Positions 17,513 through 26,160 of a DNA stretch of 64,000 nt are shown one piece after another. The notes under the pieces were generated by a model. It ran no database searches. It had not been told where the DNA came from and saw only the letters and a program-made list of their open reading frames with translations. The stretch is from a virus, in IMG/VR virus record IMGVR_UViG_3300048591_000348, positions 15,920 through 79,919 of that record; one strand, 5' to 3'. Made by a program: the position numbers and the translations under genes. Numbering within the stretch: position 1 is the first letter of the stretch; every line of letters begins with the position of its first letter.

Positions 17513-18633
17513 GATGCCCTCAGACCAGATAGAATTGAGGCCATGATGCTCACCTACAAATACCGGGTCAAGGACGCATCGACGAAGCGTTGGCTTCGTC
17601 GATATGCGTGGGCATCCAACCAAGTCTGGAACTACTGCAACCAGATCCAGCGCGAGGCTGAAACGAGATGGAAGGCCGGGCGCGCTTCTCGATGGCCGAG
17701 CGCATTCGACCTGATCAAACTTTGCACCGGAAGCGGCGCTGATCTCGGTCTGCATTCCGACACCGTCCAGACCATCTGCCGGGAGTACGCTGCGAAGCGT
17801 GATGCCAACCGAGGGCATCTGCGCTGGCGCGCAAGCGGCGGCCCGAAGCGGTCGCTCGGATGGGTTCCGTTTATCCCGCGCGCCATAAAAGTCGACGGGG
17901 ATTGCGTCCGTTATCTTAAGCGCAACTTCCGTTTCTGGAAATCCCGCGAAATCGGCGGCGTGATCAAAGCCGGGGCGTTCGTCGAGGATGCGCGCGGGCG
18001 CTGGTATGTCTGTTTTCAGTGCGACGTCGCGGATGATTTGCCGACCGGCACGGGCGAGATCGGCATTGACCTCGGACTCAAAACGCTTGCCGTCTGCACC
18101 GATGGAACCGACGTCCCCGCGCTTCGCCACTATCGCCGTTATGAGGCCCAACTTGCCGTTGCTCAGCGCGCCAAGAACAAACGCCGTGTCCGCTCGATCC
18201 ACGCCAAGATCGCCAATGCTCGGCGCCATCACCTTCACGAAGCGAGCACGAAGATCGCTCGCGAAAACGCACTCATCGTCGTCGGCAATGTGAACGCGGC
18301 CAAACTCGCAAAGACTCGGATGGCTAAATCCGTGCTCGACGCGAGTTGGTCGATGTTCCGGAACATGCTCGAATACAAGGCCAGAAGGCACCGAGCACGT
18401 TTTATCGAAGCCGACGAACGATGGACGTCCCGAACGTGCTCGAACTGCGGGACCATTCCCGACAGTAGTCCGAAAGGTATGGGCGCGCTCGGAGTAAGAC
18501 ACTGGGTTTGCTCTGGCTGCGGTTGCTCGCATGATCGCGACGTGAATGCTGCTCGGAACATTCTTAGGGTCGGGGCGGAACGTCGCCCTCCAGCCGTGGA
18601 AATCCCCGTCCTTTAGGGCGGGGAAGACGTTAA
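17049..18633 (+). mobile_element. IS200/IS605-family insertion sequence
   Basis: Divergent tnpA and tnpB; subterminal hairpins CCCCGGC-GTTTAG-GCCGGGG (~17070-89) and CCCCGTCC-TTTA-GGGCGGGG (18604-23); inferred insertion 3' of TTCAT, right end ...GTTAA. Confidence 0.85.
17543..18616 (+). CDS. tnpB: RNA-guided endonuclease TnpB
   Basis: TYKYR N-terminus, GIDLG, CSNC..CSGC zinc finger, HDRDVNAARNI. Confidence 0.95.
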   Translation: MMLTYKYRVKDASTKRWLRRYAWASNQVWNYCNQIQREAETRWKAGRASRWPSAFDLIKLCTGSGADLGLHSDTVQTICREYAAKRDANRGHLRWRASGGPKRSLGWVPFIPRAIKVDGDCVRYLKRNFRFWKSREIGGVIKAGAFVEDARGRWYVCFQCDVADDLPTGTGEIGIDLGLKTLAVCTDGTDVPALRHYRRYEAQLAVAQRAKNKRRVRSIHAKIANARRHHLHEASTKIARENALIVVGNVNAAKLAKTRMAKSVLDASWSMFRNMLEYKARRHRARFIEADERWTSRTCSNCGTIPDSSPKGMGALGVRHWVCSGCGCSHDRDVNAARNILRVGAERRPPAVEIPVL

Positions 18634-18880
18634 TGCTTTGCCCTTGGCGTCATCTTGAGTGATAGATTGCCGTTGTCCGTATGCCTCTAGCCTGAATGCC
18701 TTTTCTCCAGGTTCGCGAGAACGGCCGCGGTTGAGCTTTCCTGCCAAGTTTTGCCGCCGCGTCTGGATGTATGTTCCCGCATTCCCTCGGAAAACCCCTC
18801 TATATACGCGCGCCGCACAAGATCCCGCAGATGCCGGACCTCGTCGGCTGTTAATTCGCAACAAACATCGTGTTTCTGCC

Positions 18881-19162
18881 TCACGGTATGCTCCGCCTTT
18901 GCTTCTCGAGATCTCGCTCCGATCGTTTAATCAGCAGATACCTGATGCGATCCAGTGCGTGCTCAATGCACTTTGACCTGGCCGCTTCCCGTGTGAACTT
19001 GTTGCCGCGAACGACGTTGCCAATGCCTACAACTCCCTCGCTGTTCTTCAGCACGACTACAACAGCGTCTCCGATCACAATCTCTGTTGCCTCGGCGATG
19101 TGATATTTCGCGAGGAGGCGATCTTCGGATAGGATCGATTCGACCGAATGCGGAGTCAGCAT
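18881..19162 (-). CDS. hypothetical protein
   Basis: 93 aa, coupled to the upstream ORF. Confidence 0.5.
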   Translation of the reverse strand: MLTPHSVESILSEDRLLAKYHIAEATEIVIGDAVVVVLKNSEGVVGIGNVVRGNKFTREAARSKCIEHALDRIRYLLIKRSERDLEKQRRSIP

Positions 19163-19443
19163 GCGCCCCCCCTCCCCTCACTGAGCGGCCGCAAGCTCTT
19201 TGTCTCATCGTCGAACATGAAATACTCGAATAGAGGCTTAATTCGCCTGGTGACGACAATGCTCCTGCTCCTCGCCGGTACGAATGTGAGGTAGTCCTGC
19301 TCTTGGAGCGCCGCCAGAATCGTGCTAATTCCGCTTTTGCTGGCCAGACCCAGGAACTTCTGGATCTCACCGTAGGACACTTGATGGCCTGCGGACTGCC
19401 GCTCCTGAACAAAGATCAATACTTTTCGCTGAACCCTCGTCAC
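19156..19443 (-). CDS. LexA-like DNA-binding domain protein (no peptidase domain)
   Basis: TRVQRKVLIF...SYGEIQKFLGLASKSGI...L.EQDYL..PARSRSI. Confidence 0.75.
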   Translation of the reverse strand: MTRVQRKVLIFVQERQSAGHQVSYGEIQKFLGLASKSGISTILAALQEQDYLTFVPARSRSIVVTRRIKPLFEYFMFDDETKSLRPLSEGRGGAC

Positions 19444-19961
19444 CTTCTCAGCCTCCTCTGGGCATGGCGCATAATGCGCTGGTTTCTCATCTCGCTTGAG
19501 AATGCCTCGACCACTTCACCACCAGCGCGAAGATCGCGAATGGCCTCGTTCAGCATCTCCCCCCACACTTCCCGCCACTCGGGAAGATCGACCCATGTAT
19601 TGTTCAGTAGGCGCAATTCTGGATCGCTGCCGACGAGCCTGGCGTAAAGGGCACTCTTGAGACGCGACGCATGTGCATCCGACATCGTCCAGACGTGCTC
19701 CAAGAGCGTCACGAACGGTTGGTCTTTGGATCCCTCCCAATGCTCAGAAACAGTTTTTGATGGAGCGCGCGCAGGGTCCGTAGCGGTGCGCAAGCGAACC
19801 GGCCAATGAAGTGTATTGGCCTTCTGAAACCGCACGGGCTGTGCTGGGCCGATCAAACAAACTGCGACGTACCCCAGGTCCCTCTCGGCCTCGCGGAACC
19901 CTCGGTCGCGCTTTGGCTGCCCATCAAAGTAGGACACGATGCGATCAAGATCGCGGCGCAT
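19440..19961 (-). CDS. hypothetical protein
   Basis: 173-aa coupled ORF. Confidence 0.6.
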   Translation of the reverse strand: MRRDLDRIVSYFDGQPKRDRGFREAERDLGYVAVCLIGPAQPVRFQKANTLHWPVRLRTATDPARAPSKTVSEHWEGSKDQPFVTLLEHVWTMSDAHASRLKSALYARLVGSDPELRLLNNTWVDLPEWREVWGEMLNEAIRDLRAGGEVVEAFSSEMRNQRIMRHAQRRLRR

Positions 19962-19965
19962 GCGC

Positions 19966-21111
19966 TCACACCCCCCTTAGCTTTGCCAGCTTGTTTCTGT
20001 TCCGTACTTCGACGATACGCTCTTCAGCCCGAAGCCGCGGTCGATTGCCGGCAGCAACCAAACTGCAAATCGTCTCTCTGTAGATCTGTTGTGCCCGCTG
20101 CCATGACCGATTGATCTCGTTGCCGATAGCCAGCCACGTGCGAGGCGGCGACAGCATCCTGGCGCGCAGCACAACCATTTCCCGGTCTCGGGGCGCCACT
20201 TCCGAGAACCATCCCATGACCACATCAAAATCCGCCCAGTCATGCGGCGTCGGGACGAGTGGCGGCACCCAGTCATCCCCCCGTGACTGCTCGCCGTAGA
20301 CATCAACCCATGTCAGCTTGAGGTCGGCGAGAACCGCCGCATTGCTCCGCTGCCTTCGGATGTCCGTCGGTAGGCTGCGCTCAAGAATGAGGTGCCGCAT
20401 GATGCGCGCCTCGCCGTGCTCGCGGGATACGGCACCCATCGGCTCGTAAACAACCCGCGTCACGTCGCGCCACCATTGGACGATGGCACCCCGTGCCCCT
20501 CCCGTTCCATGCGTGGGCACCCCGTGCCCAACCCCGTGTTTATGCGTGGGCACCCCGTGCCCAACAGTGGGCACCCCGTGCCCAACGGTGGGCACCCCGT
20601 GCCCAACGGTGGGCACCCCGTGCCCAACGGTGGGCACCCCGTGCCCAACGGTGGGCACCCCGTGCCCAACGGTGGGCACCCCGTGCCCAACGGTGGGCAC
20701 CCCGTGCCCCGTGTGGGCACTTGGTGTCATGTCATCCCACGCGTCGTCCCATGCCCCGTCATCACGCGAATAGTCGGCACGGGCTGCCTCACGCCATTCT
20801 TCCATCTCGGCGGCCGCGTTGGCCGCATCGAACGACATGCCGCCGATGCTTCCAATTCTCGGCCGGACTTCGACGCGGATGGGCTCGGGCTCGATGCCAT
20901 TCTGCCATCGCCACTGCGTCGCATCGCAAGGCTGCCACGCCTCGACCCTGGCGCGCAGCGGCTTCAATTCGCGGCCGCGGATCTCATGCCAATGCCGGCG
21001 CCCCTTCTTGTCGACGTCGCCGACGGCATCGACGACGTATCCCGGCCAGCGCACGCGAACGCGCACACGGCCGGCAGGAAGATCCTCGATCCTGTACCAA
21101 TGATGGTTCAC
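19966..21111 (-). CDS. putative transcription regulator with internal heptapeptide repeat and C-terminal HTH
   Basis: C-terminal TWLAIGNEINRSWQRAQQIY (sigma region 4-like); (GHGVPTV)n insert. Confidence 0.6.
   Translation of the reverse strand: MNHHWYRIEDLPAGRVRVRVRWPGYVVDAVGDVDKKGRRHWHEIRGRELKPLRARVEAWQPCDATQWRWQNGIEPEPIRVEVRPRIGSIGGMSFDAANAAAEMEEWREAARADYSRDDGAWDDAWDDMTPSAHTGHGVPTVGHGVPTVGHGVPTVGHGVPTVGHGVPTVGHGVPTVGHGVPTVGHGVPTHKHGVGHGVPTHGTGGARGAIVQWWRDVTRVVYEPMGAVSREHGEARIMRHLILERSLPTDIRRQRSNAAVLADLKLTWVDVYGEQSRGDDWVPPLVPTPHDWADFDVVMGWFSEVAPRDREMVVLRARMLSPPRTWLAIGNEINRSWQRAQQIYRETICSLVAAGNRPRLRAEERIVEVRNRNKLAKLRGV
20485..20720. repeat. 21-bp palindromic tandem repeat
   Basis: GTGGGCACCCCGTGCCCAACG, seven full tandem units and one partial unit from 20546, plus dispersed copies near 20485 and 20513. 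Confidence 0.95.
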
Positions 21112-21119
21112 AGCGAGCC

Positions 21120-21473
21120 TCAACTGCTTGCGCAGATTAGAGGACGCTTTCCGGCAGGACGACGAGGCATGCCTTTCCTGCGCCAGACCGCCCGTACTGC
21201 CGCGGCAGAGATCCCGAGTTCGGTCGCGATAACCGCCGACGACTTCTCCGGCGTCGTGGCCGCGATGATGCGAGCATACCCGACCACTTCTCGCGATATT
21301 TTCTTCGGTGCTGGGGCTCCGCCACGACCAAGCGCCGCATCCTGCTTCTTGCGCGCCCGCCATGATTTCTTGCTGCGGTCGGAACGCTTCCTCGGCGACA
21401 TGCGGAAGCGTCTTTTTGCAGGTGTGGCATGCTCCTCGACATGAAGGTCGGGGCTTCCAAGTGGTTTAGGCAT
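21120..21473 (-). CDS. basic HTH-like protein
   Basis: SSAVIATELGISAAAVRAVW; AGGA SD. Confidence 0.55.
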   Translation of the reverse strand: MPKPLGSPDLHVEEHATPAKRRFRMSPRKRSDRSKKSWRARKKQDAALGRGGAPAPKKISREVVGYARIIAATTPEKSSAVIATELGISAAAVRAVWRRKGMPRRPAGKRPLICASS

Positions 21474-21503
21474 ATGTTCCTGATCCCATCGAGATGTCGG
21501 CCC

Positions 21504-21598
21504 CTGTTTCACGGATGGCAGGGACCGCACGACTTGCCTGGCCCATGTTTCACGCCCGTGTTTCATGCTCTGTTTCACGGATGGCAGGGACCGCACGA
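21504..21598. repeat. 29-bp direct repeat pair with 37-bp spacer
   Basis: CTGTTTCACGGATGGCAGGGACCGCACGA at 21504-32 and 21570-98. Confidence 0.9.
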
Positions 21599-21853
21599 TA
21601 CGACTCTCTCATGTTGTTTCGATTTTGGCAACATCAATAGGTGCCAGGCAAAATATGTTTCGGTTTTCTGGCGGCGGACGTGCGAAAGCGCACCGGGAGA
21701 CGCCCCCGGTGTTCCTGGATCTCTCTGCATTTTTGCGAGACCGTCTCTCCGGCTGTCACGCCTGCGCCCTAGAGTGGAAGGCGGCGTTCCCTTGGCGGAT
21801 CTTGCTGAACGTCGTTTCCGCCCGATCTCCTAAGTCCCCAACAAGGGGAGACG

Positions 21854-22141
21854 CTAGGCGAGCGCTCCCTCTCCCTCGGCCCAGACTTTGCCGAGCGGCG
21901 TGTCGTCGCCCATGCGGAGCGCGTGGAGATAGGTGGCGAGAACCGCCTCCTCTTCATCGCGCTCGGTCTTTGACTTGCGACGCAATCCGAGAACCTTTCG
22001 GATGATCTTGGGATCGAACCCTTCCGCCTTCGCCTCAAGCAGCTTGTCCCGAAAATCGGCGCTGAGGGCTTGTCGCTCCTCTTCGATCCGCTCCAGCTGC
22101 TCGATGAATTGGCGAAGTTGTGCTTGGGTTGAGGCTTGCAT
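21854..22141 (-). CDS. gapR: GapR/DUF2312 nucleoid-associated protein
   Basis: QLRQFIEQLERIEEERQAL...EAKAEGFDPKIIRKVLGLR...YLHAL. Confidence 0.9.
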   Translation of the reverse strand: MQASTQAQLRQFIEQLERIEEERQALSADFRDKLLEAKAEGFDPKIIRKVLGLRRKSKTERDEEEAVLATYLHALRMGDDTPLGKVWAEGEGALA

Positions 22142-22413
22142 TGATATCCCCCGGCCTATCGGCCGCTACCGTCTCGTTAGTTTGCTTGGTGCTCCGCGGA
22201 ATGCCGACGCTACGCCGTGTCTCGCGGTTTGGCATCCTGCGGCAGCCAGTAAGCCATGGGGCGCCCGTCCCCCGTGTCGATGTAGCCATCCGGCGCCCTT
22301 GGCTCATTGTCATTGGCGCCCCCGGCCGCACGCTCCTTTGCTCGCTTCTCTGCGGCTTCCCGCTTCAAGCGAGCATCCCATCGCGCGATGATTTCGGCAG
22401 GGGTTGCCACGGA

Positions 22414-22932
22414 TTAAGCGACGGCCTCCTCGGCTTCGCCTTCCTCGTCGTCGTCCGTCTCTTCTTCATCGACGGCGAGATGTTCGATCACATCGTCGGG
22501 CAACAGCAAGCTGGCCAGAAGCTGTTTACCGTTGATCTCGAGGACGACATCGTCATCGTAAAGTGGGACGCCCGATATCGCGCATCGCGCGGCATCTCCG
22601 TCCCCATTGTCGACGATCGCGCCGCCTGGAGCCTCGTCATAAGCGCGGCATGCGATCTCGCTTGCCATGATCAGCTTACCGAGTCGCGGGTCTTCGACAA
22701 GAATCTTTTCCCGCTCGCCGTCGTACCATTTTCTGGTTTCATCCTGGCGACGCCTGTATTCTTCGCTTAGAGCCTCCATCTCACTGCGCTGATCATTCGT
22801 CAGATCTTTGCTTGAGATCTGTACCTTCCAGTATTCTTCGCGCGCCGCTTCTGCGATTACGAACAATCGCGCGGCTTCCTCTCGCTCGTCTCTGTCGGGC
22901 ACTAAGGCCGCGTAGTCGGATTGATCTCTCAC
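22414..22932 (-). CDS. acidic hypothetical protein
   Basis: GTG start coupled to a small basic ORF at 22929..23072. Confidence 0.55.
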   Translation of the reverse strand: MRDQSDYAALVPDRDEREEAARLFVIAEAAREEYWKVQISSKDLTNDQRSEMEALSEEYRRRQDETRKWYDGEREKILVEDPRLGKLIMASEIACRAYDEAPGGAIVDNGDGDAARCAISGVPLYDDDVVLEINGKQLLASLLLPDDVIEHLAVDEEETDDDEEGEAEEAVA

Positions 22933-23068
22933 CCCTTTTTCCCTCGCCTTACGACGCGCACGCGTTTTGAATTGCGTTGCCTGATCTTCTCGGAAACGGA
23001 CTGCTTCCGCTTGCCGCGAACAATCTTTCCGTCTTTGCCTATGCAAAACGATTTGCCGAGGCGAGCGC

Positions 23069-23689
23069 TCATGCTGAAGCCTCATCGAACATACCTGCCT
23101 GATCCCCGAACGACTCCCATGTGGGCCGTGTTTCGCGCGAGAACACATCGGCAGCCCGTCCGAACGGAATGAGTTGGCGTGCCATCTCATAGGCTTCATC
23201 GGGCTTCCGAGAGTGCTCTCTTGCCCTCGCCAGGATTGCTGATCGCACGGATTTCGACTGCGTTCGGATCCGGCCAATCTTTCCGATCAGAAACAGCTCG
23301 TGGGCCCCTCGCAGCACATAGCCAGTACCGAAGCCGACTTTCCCATTCTTCGTCGTCTTCACCCATGCGCCACTCGTGACGAATTTGAAGCCCCAATCCT
23401 CCAGTATTCTGATCTGCTGCTGGATCCCCGGTGCGGTGCACCACATCCACAAAAGCATGCCGTCCTTGTGGGCGAGATCTTTCACCGGCAATGCCGCGAT
23501 CTCGTCCATCGTCATGGTTCGATACTTGGCTTGCGGTGACTTCCCACATCCTTTCTCAGAGAATGTTCGAAAGCGCCATGCGGGATCGATCATCGCGAGC
23601 GAATATGCACCAGGCTCAAGGTCACCGAACGGCCAGTTCGGAAAGCGACAGTCTTCACTGAAGAGATCTTCCTGGCGCAGATCGATCAC
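23069..23689 (-). CDS. MT-A70 family adenine methyltransferase
   Basis: DPAW, YRTM, LWMWCT, WGF, HSRKP, DVFSR, FGDQ. Confidence 0.9.
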   Translation of the reverse strand: MIDLRQEDLFSEDCRFPNWPFGDLEPGAYSLAMIDPAWRFRTFSEKGCGKSPQAKYRTMTMDEIAALPVKDLAHKDGMLLWMWCTAPGIQQQIRILEDWGFKFVTSGAWVKTTKNGKVGFGTGYVLRGAHELFLIGKIGRIRTQSKSVRSAILARAREHSRKPDEAYEMARQLIPFGRAADVFSRETRPTWESFGDQAGMFDEASA

Positions 23690-24753
23690 TCTGCATGCTC
23701 CATCACGTCCAGCAGACCACCGCGATCCCTGCCAAGCCGTCGCTCGGCCATAGCTGCGTATTCAGGGTTCAGCTCGATAAGGATCGCATTCCTCTGCAGC
23801 CGATCAGCTACAAGGGCCGTCGTTCCTGACCCGCCAAAGGGATCGAGAACCATCCCTCCCTTCGGACAACCGGCCTTGATACAGATTTCTGGTAGCTCCG
23901 GTGGAAACGTTGCGAAGTGGGCTTCAGCAAATGGGGCTGTGGCAATCGTCCAAACTGAGCGCCGGTTGCGCCCATTTGCCATTTGCTCTGCCCTTCCCAT
24001 GGAATCCCATCGCTCGTTGAACCCTTGATGTTTCCTCTCGTGGCCTCGCCGGCGCTCGGGCAATTTTATGGTCTCATTCTTACCGACGCGCTTGTTGCCT
24101 ATTTGGGTGCGTGGCCCAGGTGTGCCACCGACATAGGATCCGCCACGAAAACCCATGGCGTCTTCGTTGCCTGAGCGCATCTCACGGACAGCATCGGCGT
24201 CGTAGAAGTAGCGCTCCGACTTTGTCATCAGGAACACGTACTCGTGTGATTTCGTGGGTCGATCGCGAATGCTTTCCGGCATTGGATTCGGCTTTGACCA
24301 GATGATGTCAGACCGCAACCACCAGCCGTCATCCTGAAGCGCGAACGCGAGACGCCATGGCAGGCCCATCAGGTCTTTCGGTTTCAAACCCGGTGTCCGC
24401 TTAAGACTTCCCGTGTTAATTCCCCTTGGCGCCGCGTAAACTTGTCTACCACTGAGCTTCGATGCTGGACCGGGCGTTTCTCCGCGCGATTGCGCGCCCC
24501 ATGATCCTGCGTAGGCATCGCCGTAATTGAGCCAGAGTGTGCCATCCGCGCGCAGAACACGGCGGATCTCGCCAAACACCGCAACAAGCCGATCGATATG
24601 CTCAAGCAGAGTTGGTTCACTGCCAATCTGGCCTTCAACGCCATAATCGCGCAGACCCCAGTACGGCGGGCTCGTCACGACGCAATGCACCGACTCGCTG
24701 GGCAACTGGCGCAGACCGTCCATAACGTCGGCTTGAATAATTCTTACGGTCAT
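23686..24753 (-). CDS. N4-C/N6-A DNA methyltransferase (beta class)
   Basis: TSPPYW, IWSKPNPMPES, HFATFP, DPFGGSGT. Confidence 0.92.
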   Translation of the reverse strand: MTVRIIQADVMDGLRQLPSESVHCVVTSPPYWGLRDYGVEGQIGSEPTLLEHIDRLVAVFGEIRRVLRADGTLWLNYGDAYAGSWGAQSRGETPGPASKLSGRQVYAAPRGINTGSLKRTPGLKPKDLMGLPWRLAFALQDDGWWLRSDIIWSKPNPMPESIRDRPTKSHEYVFLMTKSERYFYDADAVREMRSGNEDAMGFRGGSYVGGTPGPRTQIGNKRVGKNETIKLPERRRGHERKHQGFNERWDSMGRAEQMANGRNRRSVWTIATAPFAEAHFATFPPELPEICIKAGCPKGGMVLDPFGGSGTTALVADRLQRNAILIELNPEYAAMAERRLGRDRGGLLDVMEHAE

Positions 24754-25253
24754 AACTCTTCCCTCGCGAACTCACCGAAAGCAACACGGGCCGCCTGGGC
24801 GTAAGCTTTGGCCGCGGCGTCTCTCGTTTTGAACTGCCCGACGTGCTTCGTTCGACCAGAGACCGTGATTTTGGCTATCCACCGTTGTTCTCTCTGACTG
24901 AAGTGCACGCCCCGCACGCCAGATCTACTCGACTTGCGCGGTGGCTGATTGGCGTGGTTCTGCGTGATGGTTGCTTCTCTCAAATTGTCGATTCGGTTAT
25001 CCGACCGGTTCCCATTCTTGTGATCGATGGTGTACTCGGGCCAAACACCATAGGTGATCAACCACGCGAGCCTGTGACCGCGATAGCGGCGGTGAAGGAC
25101 GAAAATGTCCCAGTAGCCGTTACTAGCCAGACTGCCAGCAATCTGGCCTGCCGACACTCGGCCACGGCTTTTGCGCCAACGGAGCTCGCCAGTAAGAGGA
25201 TCGTAAGCAAGCAGGTGGCGCGCTTCATCGGCGTTGATGATGCGGACGGTCAC
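24750..25253 (-). CDS. HNH homing endonuclease with AP2 domain
   Basis: YDPLTG, HRLAW, IDHKNGNRSDNRIDNLR, SGVRGV...WIAKI..VGQF. Confidence 0.9.
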   Translation of the reverse strand: MTVRIINADEARHLLAYDPLTGELRWRKSRGRVSAGQIAGSLASNGYWDIFVLHRRYRGHRLAWLITYGVWPEYTIDHKNGNRSDNRIDNLREATITQNHANQPPRKSSRSGVRGVHFSQREQRWIAKITVSGRTKHVGQFKTRDAAAKAYAQAARVAFGEFAREEL

Positions 25254-25621
25254 ACACCACCCCCGAACCGCTGTCGATAATGATCCAGCCTCTGCTCGAA
25301 TGCCCTGCCATCGTCATCTTCCATTGCCCCGGGCGGAGGAACGCCAACGAATTGCCGAGGCACTGGCGGTGGTGTGGCACGGGGTGCCCCGTGGTCTATC
25401 TGGTGGCCAGATTGATTGTCAGATTGGCGGTCATGGGCTGCCACGGGCTGAGGCACCAGATGTCTGAATGCGGAGAGAAATGCCGCGTCAGCATCGGCCT
25501 TTCTGGACAGTGCGTTGATAATTTCAACGAGCGCATCGCCGGATGCCTCATGGACACGCCGCGCCTCCTGGTAAAGATCGGCCAGCTTGGAATAGATGAT
25601 CGATGGATCATGCTCCGGCAT
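25250..25621 (-). CDS. hypothetical protein
   Basis: Coupled ORF in the operon. Confidence 0.45.
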   Translation of the reverse strand: MPEHDPSIIYSKLADLYQEARRVHEASGDALVEIINALSRKADADAAFLSAFRHLVPQPVAAHDRQSDNQSGHQIDHGAPRATPPPVPRQFVGVPPPGAMEDDDGRAFEQRLDHYRQRFGGGV

Positions 25622-25910
25622 TCGTAATCTCCATAGCGGATTTATTGGCGGCATCCCGGCGGTCCGCCTTATGCGATGCTTTCCATGCGCGCGACCTGGC
25701 CCTGATCCTCTCCCTGTAACGAGGATCCGACGCCCACAATTCGTGGTGCCGCCGCCGGTATCTCTCTAACTCTCGATCTCGCTGGGTAAACCACCTTTGC
25801 CGGACCACCCTGACATACGACGGGTGACAGTCGACGACGGTCGCGATGTCTCGGTTTGAAAGTGTTCCATCCCTAATCAACTCTTGTATTTGCTTTGATT
25901 TGGAGAGCAT
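25608..25910 (-). CDS. HTH protein
   Basis: LSNRDIATVVDCHPSYVRVV. Confidence 0.6.
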   Translation of the reverse strand: MLSKSKQIQELIRDGTLSNRDIATVVDCHPSYVRVVRQRWFTQRDRELERYRRRHHELWASDPRYRERIRARSRAWKASHKADRRDAANKSAMEITNAGA

Positions 25911-26160
25911 ACCACCACCGTTGCAATTCGCCCCTCTGAATTGAGATCTCGGCGTGAGATCTCAAGTCGGAACGGCCTATTGCCAATGTGGCCGCCTCGG
26001 GAGCGTGATCCCGAGGCGGCCGAGTGCCGAGAAAAACTGGAGAGAGTTAAACTCGTCGACTTACCATCCGCCTGGAAGCAGCATCGCCACCCCGACAAGG
26101 CCAACGATGGAGGCAACCAGAATGACGATGTCGGCTTTGGAGATTTCGTTGCTGTCCATC

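Noticed and set aside
17048-18532. 494-aa TnpA
   Set aside because: The N-terminal 340 codons are antisense shadow of tnpB; TnpA motifs begin at the ATG at 17512
20485-20720. CRISPR array
   Set aside because: Units are directly tandem with no unique spacers, lie in frame inside a CDS, and no cas genes are present
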